Assembly: GCA_019058445.1 (NCBI GenBank)
Contig: JAHPZA010000006.1
Location: 352,001-416,000 of the forward strand
Source of the DNA: Promethearchaeota archaeon
GTDB taxonomy: Archaea; Asgardarchaeota; Lokiarchaeia; Sigyniarchaeales; SOKP01
Reading direction: 5' to 3'
DNA length: 64,000 nucleotides
A model generated the notes under the pieces. That model made no database searches, was not told the DNA's origin, and worked only from the letters and a program-made list of their open reading frames with translations. Positions 1 through 10,357 of this stretch are shown here, in pieces. The translations under genes were made by a program, and so were the position numbers. How positions within the stretch are numbered: the first letter of the stretch is position 1; each line of letters opens with the position of its first letter.

Positions 1-679
1 TTATGGTTGAAGTGGTTGGAATTCCAATCTTATGAGCCGTTGTTATAATATCGATCCATTGATCGGTTTTAACTTTATTTGGACAAACAATTTTTCTAAC
101 CTCATCAACTAAAATTTCTGCTGCGGTGCCTGGTATTGAATCTAAACCCGCATGCTTAAGCTCTTTTAAAGTATTTTCTATTGAATCATCATGGAGTGTT
201 GACATATAATATATTTCTTGAGGAGAAAAAGCATGAGTATGAATACGTGAATCAACATTCTTAACAGTCTTCAAAACATCTAAATAATAGTCAAAAGTTA
301 ATTCGGGATTAATTCCACCTTGAATACATACTTCAGAACATCCAGCATCCTTAGCTTCTATAACCCTATCTCTAACTTCATCGAGAGAAAGTAGAAAAGC
401 TTTTTCATGCTTCGCAGGGAGGCTAAAAGAACAGAATTTACATTTTTGATAACAGATATTTGTAAAATTTATATTTCTATTTATTACAAACGTAACGATA
501 TCTTCTTTTTTTTCAAAACAAATATGATTAGCTGTGTATTGTAATGCCAGAAATTCTTTTCCAGTTACTTTTAACAATTTTAAGGCTTCTTCAGTAGTAA
601 TTTCTTCGGAATTTAACGCTTTCTTTAAAATCTCTTTTATTCCAGGATCTATCCTATTAAATATCTGTTCTGTTATCAT
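1..679 (-). CDS. cofH: FO synthase subunit 2 (radical SAM), 3' end runs off the window
   Basis: Manual translation from ATG at 679: MITEQIFNRID...VTFVINRNINFTNICYQKCKFCSF (CxxxCxxC), then EVCIQGG, HTHAFSPQE, AGLDSIPGTAAEIL. Overlaps the end of cofG. Confidence 0.9.
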   Translation of the reverse strand, partial: MITEQIFNRIDPGIKEILKKALNSEEITTEEALKLLKVTGKEFLALQYTANHICFEKKEDIVTFVINRNINFTNICYQKCKFCSFSLPAKHEKAFLLSLDEVRDRVIEAKDAGCSEVCIQGGINPELTFDYYLDVLKTVKNVDSRIHTHAFSPQEIYYMSTLHDDSIENTLKELKHAGLDSIPGTAAEILVDEVRKIVCPNKVKTDQWIDIITTAHKIGIPTTSTI

Positions 680-1781
680 TTATATTTATTATATCAATAA
701 TTTTTTTAATTTTATTTGATCTAAATTCGGTTTTATTGATAAATTTATCATAAATAGGAAATCTTTCTTTTAATGTGTAACCATTTATTTCACAGATTTT
801 TTTTAGATACGTTATTTGAGGCCATGGCTTTTTAGGATTAATAAAATCTTTTGTAATTGGCGAGATACCCCCAAAATCATCAATCCCAATGTTAATAAAG
901 TCTTTTTCATAACCAGCAATTAAATTTGGAGGAATCTGAATATGAATCTCATTTTCAAATATAATTTTGGCAATCCCAGCAATTTTAACTATTTCTTCTA
1001 TTGATATCGGTTTTTTTGGATGATATGAAATTCCTTCCTTATATATAAAATTTTGAATTATAACTTCTTGTATATGCCCATACTCTTCTTGAATGGTCTT
1101 TATTAAATATAAATCCTTAATTCTATCTTCAAGAGATTCTCCTATTCCTAATAATAATCCTGTTGTAAAGGGAATTTTCAACTTTCCTGCATCTTTAATA
1201 TGTCTAATTCTTTTTTCGGGCAATTTTCCCGGAGAGAATTCATGAACTCCACCTTTATCAAATAATCGCATACTAGTACTTTCTAACATCAATCCCATAC
1301 TAGCATTATATTTTTTTAATCGTTTTAGTTCGTCATATGTCAGTTCTCCTATATTAGTATGAGGTAATAAATTAAAATCCAATAAATACGAACAAATATC
1401 AATAACAAATTGTATAAAATCATCACAATCTCTATTTTTTAATTCTACCTCTACCTCTTGAAAGATTTCAGGTCGTTCTCCTGACATTAATAATGCTTCT
1501 TTACAGTTATATTGAATTGCTTTCTGCACTAAAGCAACAATTTCTTCATTACTAATTAATACAACGTTCCCTTCGCCGTTGATTTTAGGAACTTTATAAT
1601 TATAAAAGCAATATCCACATTGATTCTGGCAATAATTTGACAATGATATTGTGAAATTTTTAGAATATGTGATGACATTTCGCTGTTCTTGAGGGAGTTG
1701 AGCTTTAATTTCTCTTGTTTTTTGTTTTAGATCTTTGATTGTCAAATTCTTTAAATATTCGATTTTCTTAGAATCAACCAT
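657..1781 (-). CDS. cofG: FO synthase subunit 1 (radical SAM)
   Basis: ITYSKNFTISLSNYCQNQCGYC, PHTNIG, SMGLMLE, PFTTGLLLGIGE, GIDDFGGISP; adjacent to cofH. Confidence 0.92.
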   Translation of the reverse strand: MVDSKKIEYLKNLTIKDLKQKTREIKAQLPQEQRNVITYSKNFTISLSNYCQNQCGYCFYNYKVPKINGEGNVVLISNEEIVALVQKAIQYNCKEALLMSGERPEIFQEVEVELKNRDCDDFIQFVIDICSYLLDFNLLPHTNIGELTYDELKRLKKYNASMGLMLESTSMRLFDKGGVHEFSPGKLPEKRIRHIKDAGKLKIPFTTGLLLGIGESLEDRIKDLYLIKTIQEEYGHIQEVIIQNFIYKEGISYHPKKPISIEEIVKIAGIAKIIFENEIHIQIPPNLIAGYEKDFINIGIDDFGGISPITKDFINPKKPWPQITYLKKICEINGYTLKERFPIYDKFINKTEFRSNKIKKIIDIININDNRTDI

Positions 1782-2449
1782 TAATTTCTCCTTATATAAA
1801 TTAAATTTACATAATTATCTCTTTTGTAAACTTTGAGTAATTTAAATTTTCTCCCCTGCTCCATTTTATTAAAACCCTCCCCTTCTACTAAACTAGTAGC
1901 ATCTCTCCCACCTATAATCCATGGTGCAATAGTTATTCTCATCTCGTCTATTAAATCTTGTTTGATAAAACTCCAATTTAAATTGCCCCCACCTTCTAAT
2001 AAAATTGATTTTATTCCCATGTTTGATAGTATTAATAAAAGATTTAATAAATCTACTCTCTTTCCGGTCCCTGATTTTATTATTTTCACGTTTTTAGATT
2101 CGAATTCTCTAATTCTGTCCATAGTCACGCTTTCTGTCGTACCTATTATCGTAGGATAAATTTGTGGTTGATAAGTAATTACGTTTGAATCTAGTGGAAT
2201 TGTTAAAGTGCTATCAACAACAACTCTGTAATATCCTTTATGCTTAAAATATTTAATATGCAACTTTGGATTGTCTTTTAAGATTGTCCCCTTACCCACC
2301 ATAATCGCATCGACAGTTGTACGCAATTTATGAACATCTTTCCAATCTTTCTCATCAGATAATTCAGGATCTCCTGTTCTTGAAGCAATTTTTCCATCAA
2401 TAGTCATTGCGGCACTTAAAATAACATAAGGTTTTAGAATTTTCATCAA
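1781..2449 (-). CDS. arfC: 2,5-diamino-6-ribosylamino-4(3H)-pyrimidinone 5'-phosphate reductase (archaeal RibD_C/ArfC)
   Basis: PYVILSAAMTIDGKIAS, DAIMVGKGTILKDNP, ILLEGGGNLNWS; reductase domain only, no deaminase domain. Confidence 0.88.
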   Translation of the reverse strand: MMKILKPYVILSAAMTIDGKIASRTGDPELSDEKDWKDVHKLRTTVDAIMVGKGTILKDNPKLHIKYFKHKGYYRVVVDSTLTIPLDSNVITYQPQIYPTIIGTTESVTMDRIREFESKNVKIIKSGTGKRVDLLNLLLILSNMGIKSILLEGGGNLNWSFIKQDLIDEMRITIAPWIIGGRDATSLVEGEGFNKMEQGRKFKLLKVYKRDNYVNLIYIRRN

Positions 2450-2534
2450 ATATGTTCTCAGTTGATATTAGATATTCTTTATCTTTTTATTTCAAAAAGA
2501 ATATAAATATAAAAATATAATACATTTAAGTTAA

Positions 2535-4049
2535 TTAAGTAAAGGAAACCAAAGATAATAATTTCACGTTCCTAAACTTGTAATTAAATTTAGGCAAATT
2601 AATTACTTTATTATTAGAAAAACGTTCAAATTCTTTAATTATAAAATCCTGCATTTGCTCATAATCAATATTATATGGTACAGTAATCAAGAGAATTCCA
2701 TTTTTTTTACATAAATTCATTTTTGTATAATCAGATAATTGTTGCTTAAAAAATTCATGATAATCCTTATGAAAAAAATTTGGAAATTTATAGTGCTGTA
2801 TTCCATTAAACTCAAAAGCTAATTTATAATTAATATTACTAATTCTAACTTCAGTATATCCATCTAAATGCATTTTCCCGTTATAATTCGGGATTATTTT
2901 AGAAATAGAAGTTTTAGGGAATGGTTCATTAAAAATTTGTTTAAAAAACCAACGGCATATTTCTTCACTTTTTCCATCTGAGCAATATGGACACCAATGA
3001 TCTCTTAAGATGCTATTATATGTAGTACTCCAAGATTTATGGCCTTTAATTCCACATTTCCAAATTAGTTTAATTTTACTTGGACTAATAGTTTTAACTA
3101 AACTTTGAAATTCATGTTTTTTAGTTAAAAGAATACCTGGTATACCGTTTTCTTGTAAACCTCGGTTTTTTGCAATTTTTTGAATATCTTCATAAGTCAT
3201 AGGTCTATTTTTAGCACAATCTGGACACCAACTGCCTTGCTGAATGTTAGAATAAGAGGCACTCCAGGGTTTATGCTTTTTAATTCCGCATTTCCATGTT
3301 AATATAATTTTACTCGGGCTTTGATTTTTAATCAATTTTTCAAATTCGTTATGAGTAGTTATTAGTTTCCCTCCTTTTTGAGCAGCAAGGTTTTCAAAAT
3401 TTTCATAGGTTTTAGGTAAGTAATTACCTGCACAATGGGGGCACCATGTACCACGTTTGATATTATAATAAGGAGCTCTCCAAGAATTATGTTCTTTAAT
3501 CTTACATTTCCATATTAATTTGGCTTTACTAGGTCTAATTTCTTTAATTAATTTCATAAATTGATTTTTAGTAGTTAGTAATTTACCTTCTCTTTCTTCA
3601 GCTAATTTTTGACATTTCTCATAAGTTATTCTAGAAGTGCTTTCATATGGAATTCTACCAAGTTTTTCCTTCAAATTATCTGGTAAAAATCTTTTAAACT
3701 TTCCTGGAGTTAGCATTTTGAAACTAGTTTTCGATAAACCAAATTTCTCTAAATCCTCTCCTAATGAATTCCAAATAAATTTTGCTGAAAGTTTTTTATT
3801 ATTAATTTTATCTATATTTGATGACAGTAAAGCATAATAAACTAAAATAATAGAAAATATACCATTTTTTTTAGATTCTGTAAAATCTAATCGTTTCAAT
3901 TTCTTTATATCTTTTGAATAAGAATATAAATCATAAGCTTTTTGATATATCTCAACTTTGAGATTTTGGGAAATTGATAGATGTGAAATTATTGTTTTAA
4001 TTTTTTTTTTTAATATACGGTTGTAGTTCTCATCAAAAACTATACTCAT
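2535..4049 (-). CDS. Zinc-finger-repeat endonuclease (three WKC..H.W......GxWCPxC repeats plus C-terminal Vsr-like/PD-(D/E)xK nuclease); probable free-standing homing-type endonuclease
   Basis: Three treble-clef-like repeats; C-terminal SEEICR...LDGY...LAFEFNGIQHY...DYTKMNLCKKNGILLITVPY. Confidence 0.75.
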   Translation of the reverse strand: MSIVFDENYNRILKKKIKTIISHLSISQNLKVEIYQKAYDLYSYSKDIKKLKRLDFTESKKNGIFSIILVYYALLSSNIDKINNKKLSAKFIWNSLGEDLEKFGLSKTSFKMLTPGKFKRFLPDNLKEKLGRIPYESTSRITYEKCQKLAEEREGKLLTTKNQFMKLIKEIRPSKAKLIWKCKIKEHNSWRAPYYNIKRGTWCPHCAGNYLPKTYENFENLAAQKGGKLITTHNEFEKLIKNQSPSKIILTWKCGIKKHKPWSASYSNIQQGSWCPDCAKNRPMTYEDIQKIAKNRGLQENGIPGILLTKKHEFQSLVKTISPSKIKLIWKCGIKGHKSWSTTYNSILRDHWCPYCSDGKSEEICRWFFKQIFNEPFPKTSISKIIPNYNGKMHLDGYTEVRISNINYKLAFEFNGIQHYKFPNFFHKDYHEFFKQQLSDYTKMNLCKKNGILLITVPYNIDYEQMQDFIIKEFERFSNNKVINLPKFNYKFRNVKLLSLVSFT

Positions 4050-4129
4050 TATAAGTTCATTTATTTAATTTGGCTTTAAACTAAATAATTACATTTTCCA
4101 TATTTAAGCAAAAAGAGTTTCAACAAATT

Positions 4130-4225
4130 CTATAATTTTAGAAAATTTTCCATTCTTGAGGCAATTTTACCAACTATGGTCATTGCAGCACTTAAAATTA
4201 TGTAAGGATTTTTAATTTCTTTCAA
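4130..4225 (-). pseudogene. Displaced 5' fragment of arfC
   Basis: TTG at 4225 overlaps the amidohydrolase stop and reads MKEIKNPYIILSAAMTIVGKIASR, then non-homologous sequence and a stop; 4154-4207 matches arfC 2378-2431 at 45/54 nt. Confidence 0.85.
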
Positions 4226-5381
4226 ACGCAAGCCTACCTTTTATATAAACTCTTTTTATATTTTCAGATTTGGCTCTTTGCACTATTAAAGGAAAAATAT
4301 TACTAGAGTCCACTTTAAATGAATAGAAATTTGGATCATTTAAATCAATTAACAAGAAATCTGCTACTTTTCCTTCTATAATAGACCCCCGATTTTTTTC
4401 TAAATTAAAATTTTTAGCAGCATAAATCGTTACCATTTTTAACAGTTCTTTGGCATCTACTTTCACATCTAAATCATTTCTAGTTGAAACTCGTAAAATT
4501 CGGTAAATGTAACGTAATTCTTCAAATAAATCCGTATTATTAATCATGATATTATCTGTTCCTAAACTTATAGGAATTCGTAATTTTAATATGTCTGCTA
4601 TAGGAGGAAAACCAACTCCAAAATAACCATTACTTCTTGGGCATAAGACTAGGGATATTTGGTTTTTTTTGATTAATGCTAAATCTTCTTTCGTATATTG
4701 AGTTCCATGAATTATAACATCTATTAAATCATCATTTATAATCTGTTCAAGTAAACCTTTATCTCTCTTGATTTCGGCATCATGACATGCAATTAGCTTC
4801 TGGAATTTATCCTTAAAATGTTTTAACATTTCCTTAACGTAAGGTGATATAGTATTATAACTGGATAAACCGATTCCATCTCCTGCTTTGAAAATTTCTT
4901 CGATTTCGTTAGCTTCCGTAAACCTACCTAAAATTAAACAATTTAAAGGGAAATTTTTAACTGTATCTTTTAAAAGTTGTATACCTTCTATATTTCTTTC
5001 TCGAAAATCTATAAAGAAGGTTATTCCATTTGAGAGCATTTCTAAAATTGCACTCTCGATACCTTTAATTTTTACGTCTCGAGAAGTGTTCCTTAGTAGG
5101 ATATGCTTTATTCCATTCGGAGGCGCAACAACCTCTATTAAATCTTTGTTAAATCCAATTTCTTTAGCAAAACTATCAGCAATGTGGGTATGGGAATTAA
5201 TAAAACCAGGAATCATTAAAAAATTATGCCTATATGATGCAAGTTCAATATTGGATTTAGGATTGTCGTATCGTATGGTTAAAATTCTTCCATCCTCATT
5301 AATAACTAAAGAAACATTCTCTTTAAGCTCTAAATTATCTCCTATGAGTCCATATCTACTTTCAATTTTCACTTTCGTCAT
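4212..5381 (-). CDS. Metal-dependent amidohydrolase/deaminase (cytosine/SAH-deaminase-like)
   Basis: PGFINSHTH, CHDAE, IIHGT, LCPRSN, LGTDN, GKVADF motifs. Confidence 0.85.
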   Translation of the reverse strand: MTKVKIESRYGLIGDNLELKENVSLVINEDGRILTIRYDNPKSNIELASYRHNFLMIPGFINSHTHIADSFAKEIGFNKDLIEVVAPPNGIKHILLRNTSRDVKIKGIESAILEMLSNGITFFIDFRERNIEGIQLLKDTVKNFPLNCLILGRFTEANEIEEIFKAGDGIGLSSYNTISPYVKEMLKHFKDKFQKLIACHDAEIKRDKGLLEQIINDDLIDVIIHGTQYTKEDLALIKKNQISLVLCPRSNGYFGVGFPPIADILKLRIPISLGTDNIMINNTDLFEELRYIYRILRVSTRNDLDVKVDAKELLKMVTIYAAKNFNLEKNRGSIIEGKVADFLLIDLNDPNFYSFKVDSSNIFPLIVQRAKSENIKRVYIKGRLAFERN

Positions 5382-5495
5382 ATTTTACATGAATAATGTG
5401 GATAAGCATGAAAAAAAATTAAATTTGAATATTAAATATTAAAATTGATATATCTTTTTTAAAATTAGAGCAAAAAAATATTTTCTTAAATTTAC

Positions 5496-6440
5496 ATGCC
5501 ATTCAAATCGGATTTACAAGATTCTAACTCATCATTAGTCATCGCACTTGACAAAGTGGGTATTGTTGATTTGGAAAAGAAAGTTGAGATAGTACAAGAA
5601 AATAAGCGCTACTCCTTTTATCCGAAAATTTCTGCTCTCATTAATCTTCCAGCTCAACAACGGGGTATTCATATGTCTCGAACTTCTGAAACAATTGAAG
5701 AGATTATAAATGACGTAATATTCAGACCTACACCTACGATTGAACGTGTTGGCGATAGAATAGTAAAAAAATTGTTAGAAAAACACCCCTATACCACAAA
5801 AGCAGAAGTCAAATTAAAGGGAAGGATTGTTGTTCAAGTCAGAGAAAGCGAACAAAGAACCATCCAAAAATCGTATGATATAAGTTCTTATGTACTAGCA
5901 GAGAAAAAGAAATCTGGCGTTATTGATTTTAACTATTTCATAGGAGCGAGCGCAGTAGGGATTACTGTTTGTCCCTGTGCAAAAGAAATGTCTCAAGAAT
6001 ATGCTGAAGAAATTATTAAATCAAGAAAGGATATTAATATTTCCGAAGAAGACATTAAAAAATTGATAAATATACTTCCTTTCTCCTCTCATAATCAAAG
6101 GTCAAAAGGCACTATTGTTGTACAAATAAAAGATCTAAATAGTCATATAGTTGATGTGTTAGATATTATTGATATTATAGAGGAATCTATGAGCGGACGA
6201 ATTCAATCTGTTTTAAAAAGACCGGAGGAAGCTGAGTTAGTTAGAAGTGCCCATTTAAAGCCTTTATTCTCCGAAGATGTAATTCGAGAAATGGCAAAAA
6301 ATTTTATAACAAGGGACTTTCCAAATTTAGAAGATAATTTTAAAATTAGCTTTAAAATAGAAAGTTATGAATCCATTCACCCTCATAATGTATATGCGGA
6401 ATTAACCACTACATTAGGACATTTAAGAAAACGAATTTAA
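5496..6440 (+). CDS. mptA: GTP cyclohydrolase MptA (FolE2/IV family)
   Basis: QRGIHMSR, GITVCPCA, SHNQR, VLKRPEE, FSEDVIR, ESIHPHNVYA. Confidence 0.9.
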   Translation: MPFKSDLQDSNSSLVIALDKVGIVDLEKKVEIVQENKRYSFYPKISALINLPAQQRGIHMSRTSETIEEIINDVIFRPTPTIERVGDRIVKKLLEKHPYTTKAEVKLKGRIVVQVRESEQRTIQKSYDISSYVLAEKKKSGVIDFNYFIGASAVGITVCPCAKEMSQEYAEEIIKSRKDINISEEDIKKLINILPFSSHNQRSKGTIVVQIKDLNSHIVDVLDIIDIIEESMSGRIQSVLKRPEEAELVRSAHLKPLFSEDVIREMAKNFITRDFPNLEDNFKISFKIESYESIHPHNVYAELTTTLGHLRKRI

Positions 6441-6666
6441 ACAGCTATTTTCGAAAATCGTATTTTTTTTAAATATTTTTATTAAATTTATTTTTTTCTT
6501 CTATTCTAATATTATAAAAAAAGCTATGTTATAATTCCTTTAATTTCAGTTTATCAAAGATATCAATCAACTTTCTAATAGGAATATAAAATAAATTCGA
6601 GATTTTAGAGATATGATATCCATTTTCTTCGAATTTTAATAATATATAAGCCTCATTCTAAAGTCA

Positions 6667-8259
6667 TTAAAAATGGCATTCTCTTTTCACATGACTCTCA
6701 GTGGATTCGAGAATTTTTCTCATTAACTTTAAAACTAGTTCATTCTTAATATCTTTTAAAGATTCTTCATCCCATAAATTATTCATCTCATTAGGATCCT
6801 CTTTAAGGTTATATAATTCACCTTCATCACGAAAAATTGTAATTCTCCATTCATCAGTAATTAATGTCCTTGTTTTTTCCTTAATGAAATCATCGTCCAT
6901 TTCAATTAGCACATCATCATTAATCTCAGTATTTGGATTATGAATAATTGGAACCATACTTTTTCCTTGCATGAATTCTGGTATAGGGATTCCCACTAAT
7001 TCCAATATCGTTTCTGGAATATCAATTGAACTTACTAAAGATGAAGATACTGTATTTTTTACCCCATTTGGGATCTTCATTATAAAGGGAATATTAGTTA
7101 AAGTATTATATAAAAATGGACCTTTAAAGAAGAATCTATGCGCTCCTCCTAATTCACCATGATCTGTTGTATAAATTATCACAGTATTCTCTGCCAAACC
7201 TGTTTTTTCTAATACATCTAAAATTTCTCCAATTGCATCATCCACCATTTTTTCCATTCCATAACATGCGGCAATAACTCGCTTAGCATCCAATTCTGTT
7301 AAATCTTCTGCTTTTGGAAATACATTTGGTTGTGTTCCCTCAGTATTCACTGGTTTTGAATAGTGTCTTCTATTTATTAAAGTGCTATTTTCATGATTAT
7401 CATGAAATGTATCTGGAAGAATAACATCTTCTGGTTTATACATATCAAAATACTTTCCTGGGGGGGTGAAGGGGTGATGAGGATCGGGAAAACTACAAAA
7501 TAGAAAGAAATTATCTTTGGAAACTTTCCCTTCATTAAATCTATTCAAATAATCAATGACTCCCTCTTTAACAAACGTAGTAGAATAAAGTTCTTCTGGT
7601 ACATTGTGATTCCATACTTGAATCTTAATATTTGAACTATTTTCCGGTATCATTGATTTACCATATTTTCGTAGAATTTCCCGATAAGTATCTTCAGGTT
7701 CTATTCCCAATTTAAGTTGTAAATTCTCGTCCAAATTCACTTTGGTTACTACCCATTCAAGAAAGTCGGGATGCCCACAATAAATTCCATGTCCCGATAC
7801 AATTTTAAATTCCTCCAATCCAAAATAAATCTCATGATCAGAGAGATTTTTATAATATTTAGGAACAGCAAATTCTTGACTTTTAAGGTTCTTAGTAACA
7901 CGCTTCTTACCAAAACGCTTCTTCTGAATTACGCCGAAATAATTTAAATGAATCTTTCCAAAATTCGCAGTGTGATACCCGTTTGATCTTAAAAGATCTA
8001 CGAATGTTTTAGTATCTTGTGGTAAATTTCTCCCATTTGTATTAACTCCATGAACCGAAGGATATTGTCCTGTAAAAATAGTACTCCTGTTAGGCATACA
8101 GATAGGATTATTACAATAAAAATTGGTAAATTTAATTCCTTCTTTTGCAATTTTATCAATATTAGAAGTCTGCAATACTAAATTGTCATTATAGCAGCTT
8201 AAATGATCCTTTCGCTGCATGTCAGTAATAATAAATAAAAAATTCAATTTTTCGTTCAT
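6667..8259 (-). CDS. Cys-type formylglycine-dependent sulfatase (S1 family)
   Basis: NFLFIITD, CMPNR(STIFTG), GKIH, PDPHHP, TTDHG. Confidence 0.9.
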   Translation of the reverse strand: MNEKLNFLFIITDMQRKDHLSCYNDNLVLQTSNIDKIAKEGIKFTNFYCNNPICMPNRSTIFTGQYPSVHGVNTNGRNLPQDTKTFVDLLRSNGYHTANFGKIHLNYFGVIQKKRFGKKRVTKNLKSQEFAVPKYYKNLSDHEIYFGLEEFKIVSGHGIYCGHPDFLEWVVTKVNLDENLQLKLGIEPEDTYREILRKYGKSMIPENSSNIKIQVWNHNVPEELYSTTFVKEGVIDYLNRFNEGKVSKDNFFLFCSFPDPHHPFTPPGKYFDMYKPEDVILPDTFHDNHENSTLINRRHYSKPVNTEGTQPNVFPKAEDLTELDAKRVIAACYGMEKMVDDAIGEILDVLEKTGLAENTVIIYTTDHGELGGAHRFFFKGPFLYNTLTNIPFIMKIPNGVKNTVSSSLVSSIDIPETILELVGIPIPEFMQGKSMVPIIHNPNTEINDDVLIEMDDDFIKEKTRTLITDEWRITIFRDEGELYNLKEDPNEMNNLWDEESLKDIKNELVLKLMRKILESTESHVKRECHF

Positions 8260-8313
8260 TGTAAATTCCCTTTTTTTAAATATTAATGCATACTGAATAG
8301 TTTCATTTTAAAT

Positions 8314-9825
8314 TTAAAATCTCGCATCAATCTTAAATGGAACGACATCACAAGTCTCATGATACCATGTGAGTAGCCTTTCTTTTAAGCTGAAAAGAAT
8401 CTCTGCATAAGCGGGGTCATCTATTACATTAGTTAATTCAGATGAATCTTTATTTAAATCATATAACTCATCCTTCTCATAAAGACGTCGAACATATTTA
8501 TAATCTTGTGTTCTACACATAACTGCTTTACCATGATAAGGTTCCTCATCAATGAGTTGAAGCCTAACACGGGGCCAATAAACTCCACCTTCTATCTTAG
8601 CCTCTATTTCCGTGGCCTGTTTTTCCCCATAAAGGCGGCCTCCTTCACAAAATACCGCATCTCTATGTAATTCAGTTTCACCTTTCAACAATGGAATTAA
8701 GCTCTTACCAAAATGAGTATAACCTGGTTCTATACCCGTGAGTTCATATACTGTTGCAGAAAAATCAACTAATTCAACTAATGCATTACTCACTCGTGGC
8801 TTTACTGGAATATTTTTAGGTGGTTTCACGATTAACGGAACATTTGAAAGACAATCTTCAAAGGTATTTTGATTTTTTTCAACTATTCCATAATCACCTG
8901 TGAAATCACCATGATCAGAAAAGAAGAATATAGCGCTATCATTATAAATCCCTGCCTTTTTTAATTCTTCTATTACTAATCCAAATTGATGATCCAGGCG
9001 AGTACACATTCCATAATAGGTAGCACGTAGCTCATTCCAGCGTTCCTCTGTCCATCCCTGAAGATTTTGGTGCTCATAAATGCCTTTTAAAATAGAGGGT
9101 TTATCGTCCCAATTTTGTGGGGCAGGGATTCGGGGCGGAAGAGTTTTACGATTTATTTTACTAAACCATGGTTCTTCAACCCCATAAGGTGGATGTGGAT
9201 ATGAAAGTGCAAGATCAATGCAAAGAGGCTTATCTCCTTTATAATTTCGAATAAAATCAATTGCTCCTAAAACCATTGCCCAATCAAAATCAAAATAGAT
9301 ATCATCTCCCATTGTATCTAGCTTACCGGCATAAAGGCTATAATAATTATCGCCATCTGTTTTTCCTCTCCACTCCTCCTTCCTAAAATCATGTAGACTT
9401 GGTTTCCAATTATGACCCCATCGTGTAAGATCCTTTGAGGATGGCCAATATTGTACATCACAAACCTTTTTTGAATTCTTTCTTGCCGGAATGAGATCGT
9501 TTCTAAAACTCCACCATACGAAATATCCATTATCTTTAAGTATTTTTAATAAATTAGGTTCACCATGTTCATGATGTAACATATGAGACATTGTCCTGTG
9601 CCCTCTCACATGTGGATACCATCCTGTCATGAAGCTGCATCGGCTGGGCGTACACACAGGATTCTGACAGAAGGTATTGCTAAAAGATACGGAATTTGTA
9701 TTAATTAATTGATCAAGATGAGGAGTTTCTGCTGCGGGATTTCCTAAATGCCCTAAAACATCTCCTCGCCATTGATCTGGATTAAAAATGATAATATGTG
9801 GTTTTTCACTCATAATCTTATTCAT
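8314..9825 (-). CDS. Cys-type formylglycine-dependent sulfatase (choline-sulfatase-like)
   Basis: PHIIIFNPDQ, CTPSR(CSFMTG), YPHPPY, FSDHGD. Confidence 0.9.
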   Translation of the reverse strand: MNKIMSEKPHIIIFNPDQWRGDVLGHLGNPAAETPHLDQLINTNSVSFSNTFCQNPVCTPSRCSFMTGWYPHVRGHRTMSHMLHHEHGEPNLLKILKDNGYFVWWSFRNDLIPARKNSKKVCDVQYWPSSKDLTRWGHNWKPSLHDFRKEEWRGKTDGDNYYSLYAGKLDTMGDDIYFDFDWAMVLGAIDFIRNYKGDKPLCIDLALSYPHPPYGVEEPWFSKINRKTLPPRIPAPQNWDDKPSILKGIYEHQNLQGWTEERWNELRATYYGMCTRLDHQFGLVIEELKKAGIYNDSAIFFFSDHGDFTGDYGIVEKNQNTFEDCLSNVPLIVKPPKNIPVKPRVSNALVELVDFSATVYELTGIEPGYTHFGKSLIPLLKGETELHRDAVFCEGGRLYGEKQATEIEAKIEGGVYWPRVRLQLIDEEPYHGKAVMCRTQDYKYVRRLYEKDELYDLNKDSSELTNVIDDPAYAEILFSLKERLLTWYHETCDVVPFKIDARF

Positions 9826-10001
9826 TTATGATTTCTTCTAAATAAACTTGTTAATTTACTTATTTTTATATATTTAAAATTTATGAAAACTCTCATATTA
9901 TTAAAACTCTTAATTAATGAGAATAATGTTAAGAATAAAAGATATTTTTTAAATATTTCCGTAAATGGGAGGTTATTTTTTAAATAAATTTATTTTTTTA
10001 C

Positions 10002-10017
10002 CCGTAAAAAATTACGG
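10002..10017. promoter_or_regulatory. Inverted repeat CCGTAA-AAAA-TTACGG upstream of the sulfatase pair, possible operator
   Basis: Perfect 6-4-6 palindrome about 180 bp upstream of the 9825 start, in an otherwise AT-rich intergenic region. Confidence 0.35.
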
Positions 10018-10357
10018 TAATAAAATTCATGAATTAGATTTTATTATATAATATTGTTCATAATATCCTACTTCGTAAAATATGTTTCGATTACTAATTG
10101 TTATAATATTAGTTAAAGCAAATTAATACTATTTTTTTTATAATTTTATATTTTTATAGACCTAATTGTTTCAATTGGTTTTAAATTTCCTCTACTTTAT
10201 CCGTTTAAGTAGATTGCGATTATTCAAAACTTATTTACTTAGGAGGAATAAAAATTATTTCTGTTTCATTTTGCAATATGATTTTAAACAAATTTTGATC
10301 AGAAAAAATTTAAAAATTTGTCTACAATTTTTAAGAATATTCAGTATAATAATACAT

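Noticed and set aside
10166-10357. N-terminal part of the 100-aa ORF at 10166-10468
   Set aside because: AT-rich and non-coding-like; only the last ~35 codons are homologous to MptA.
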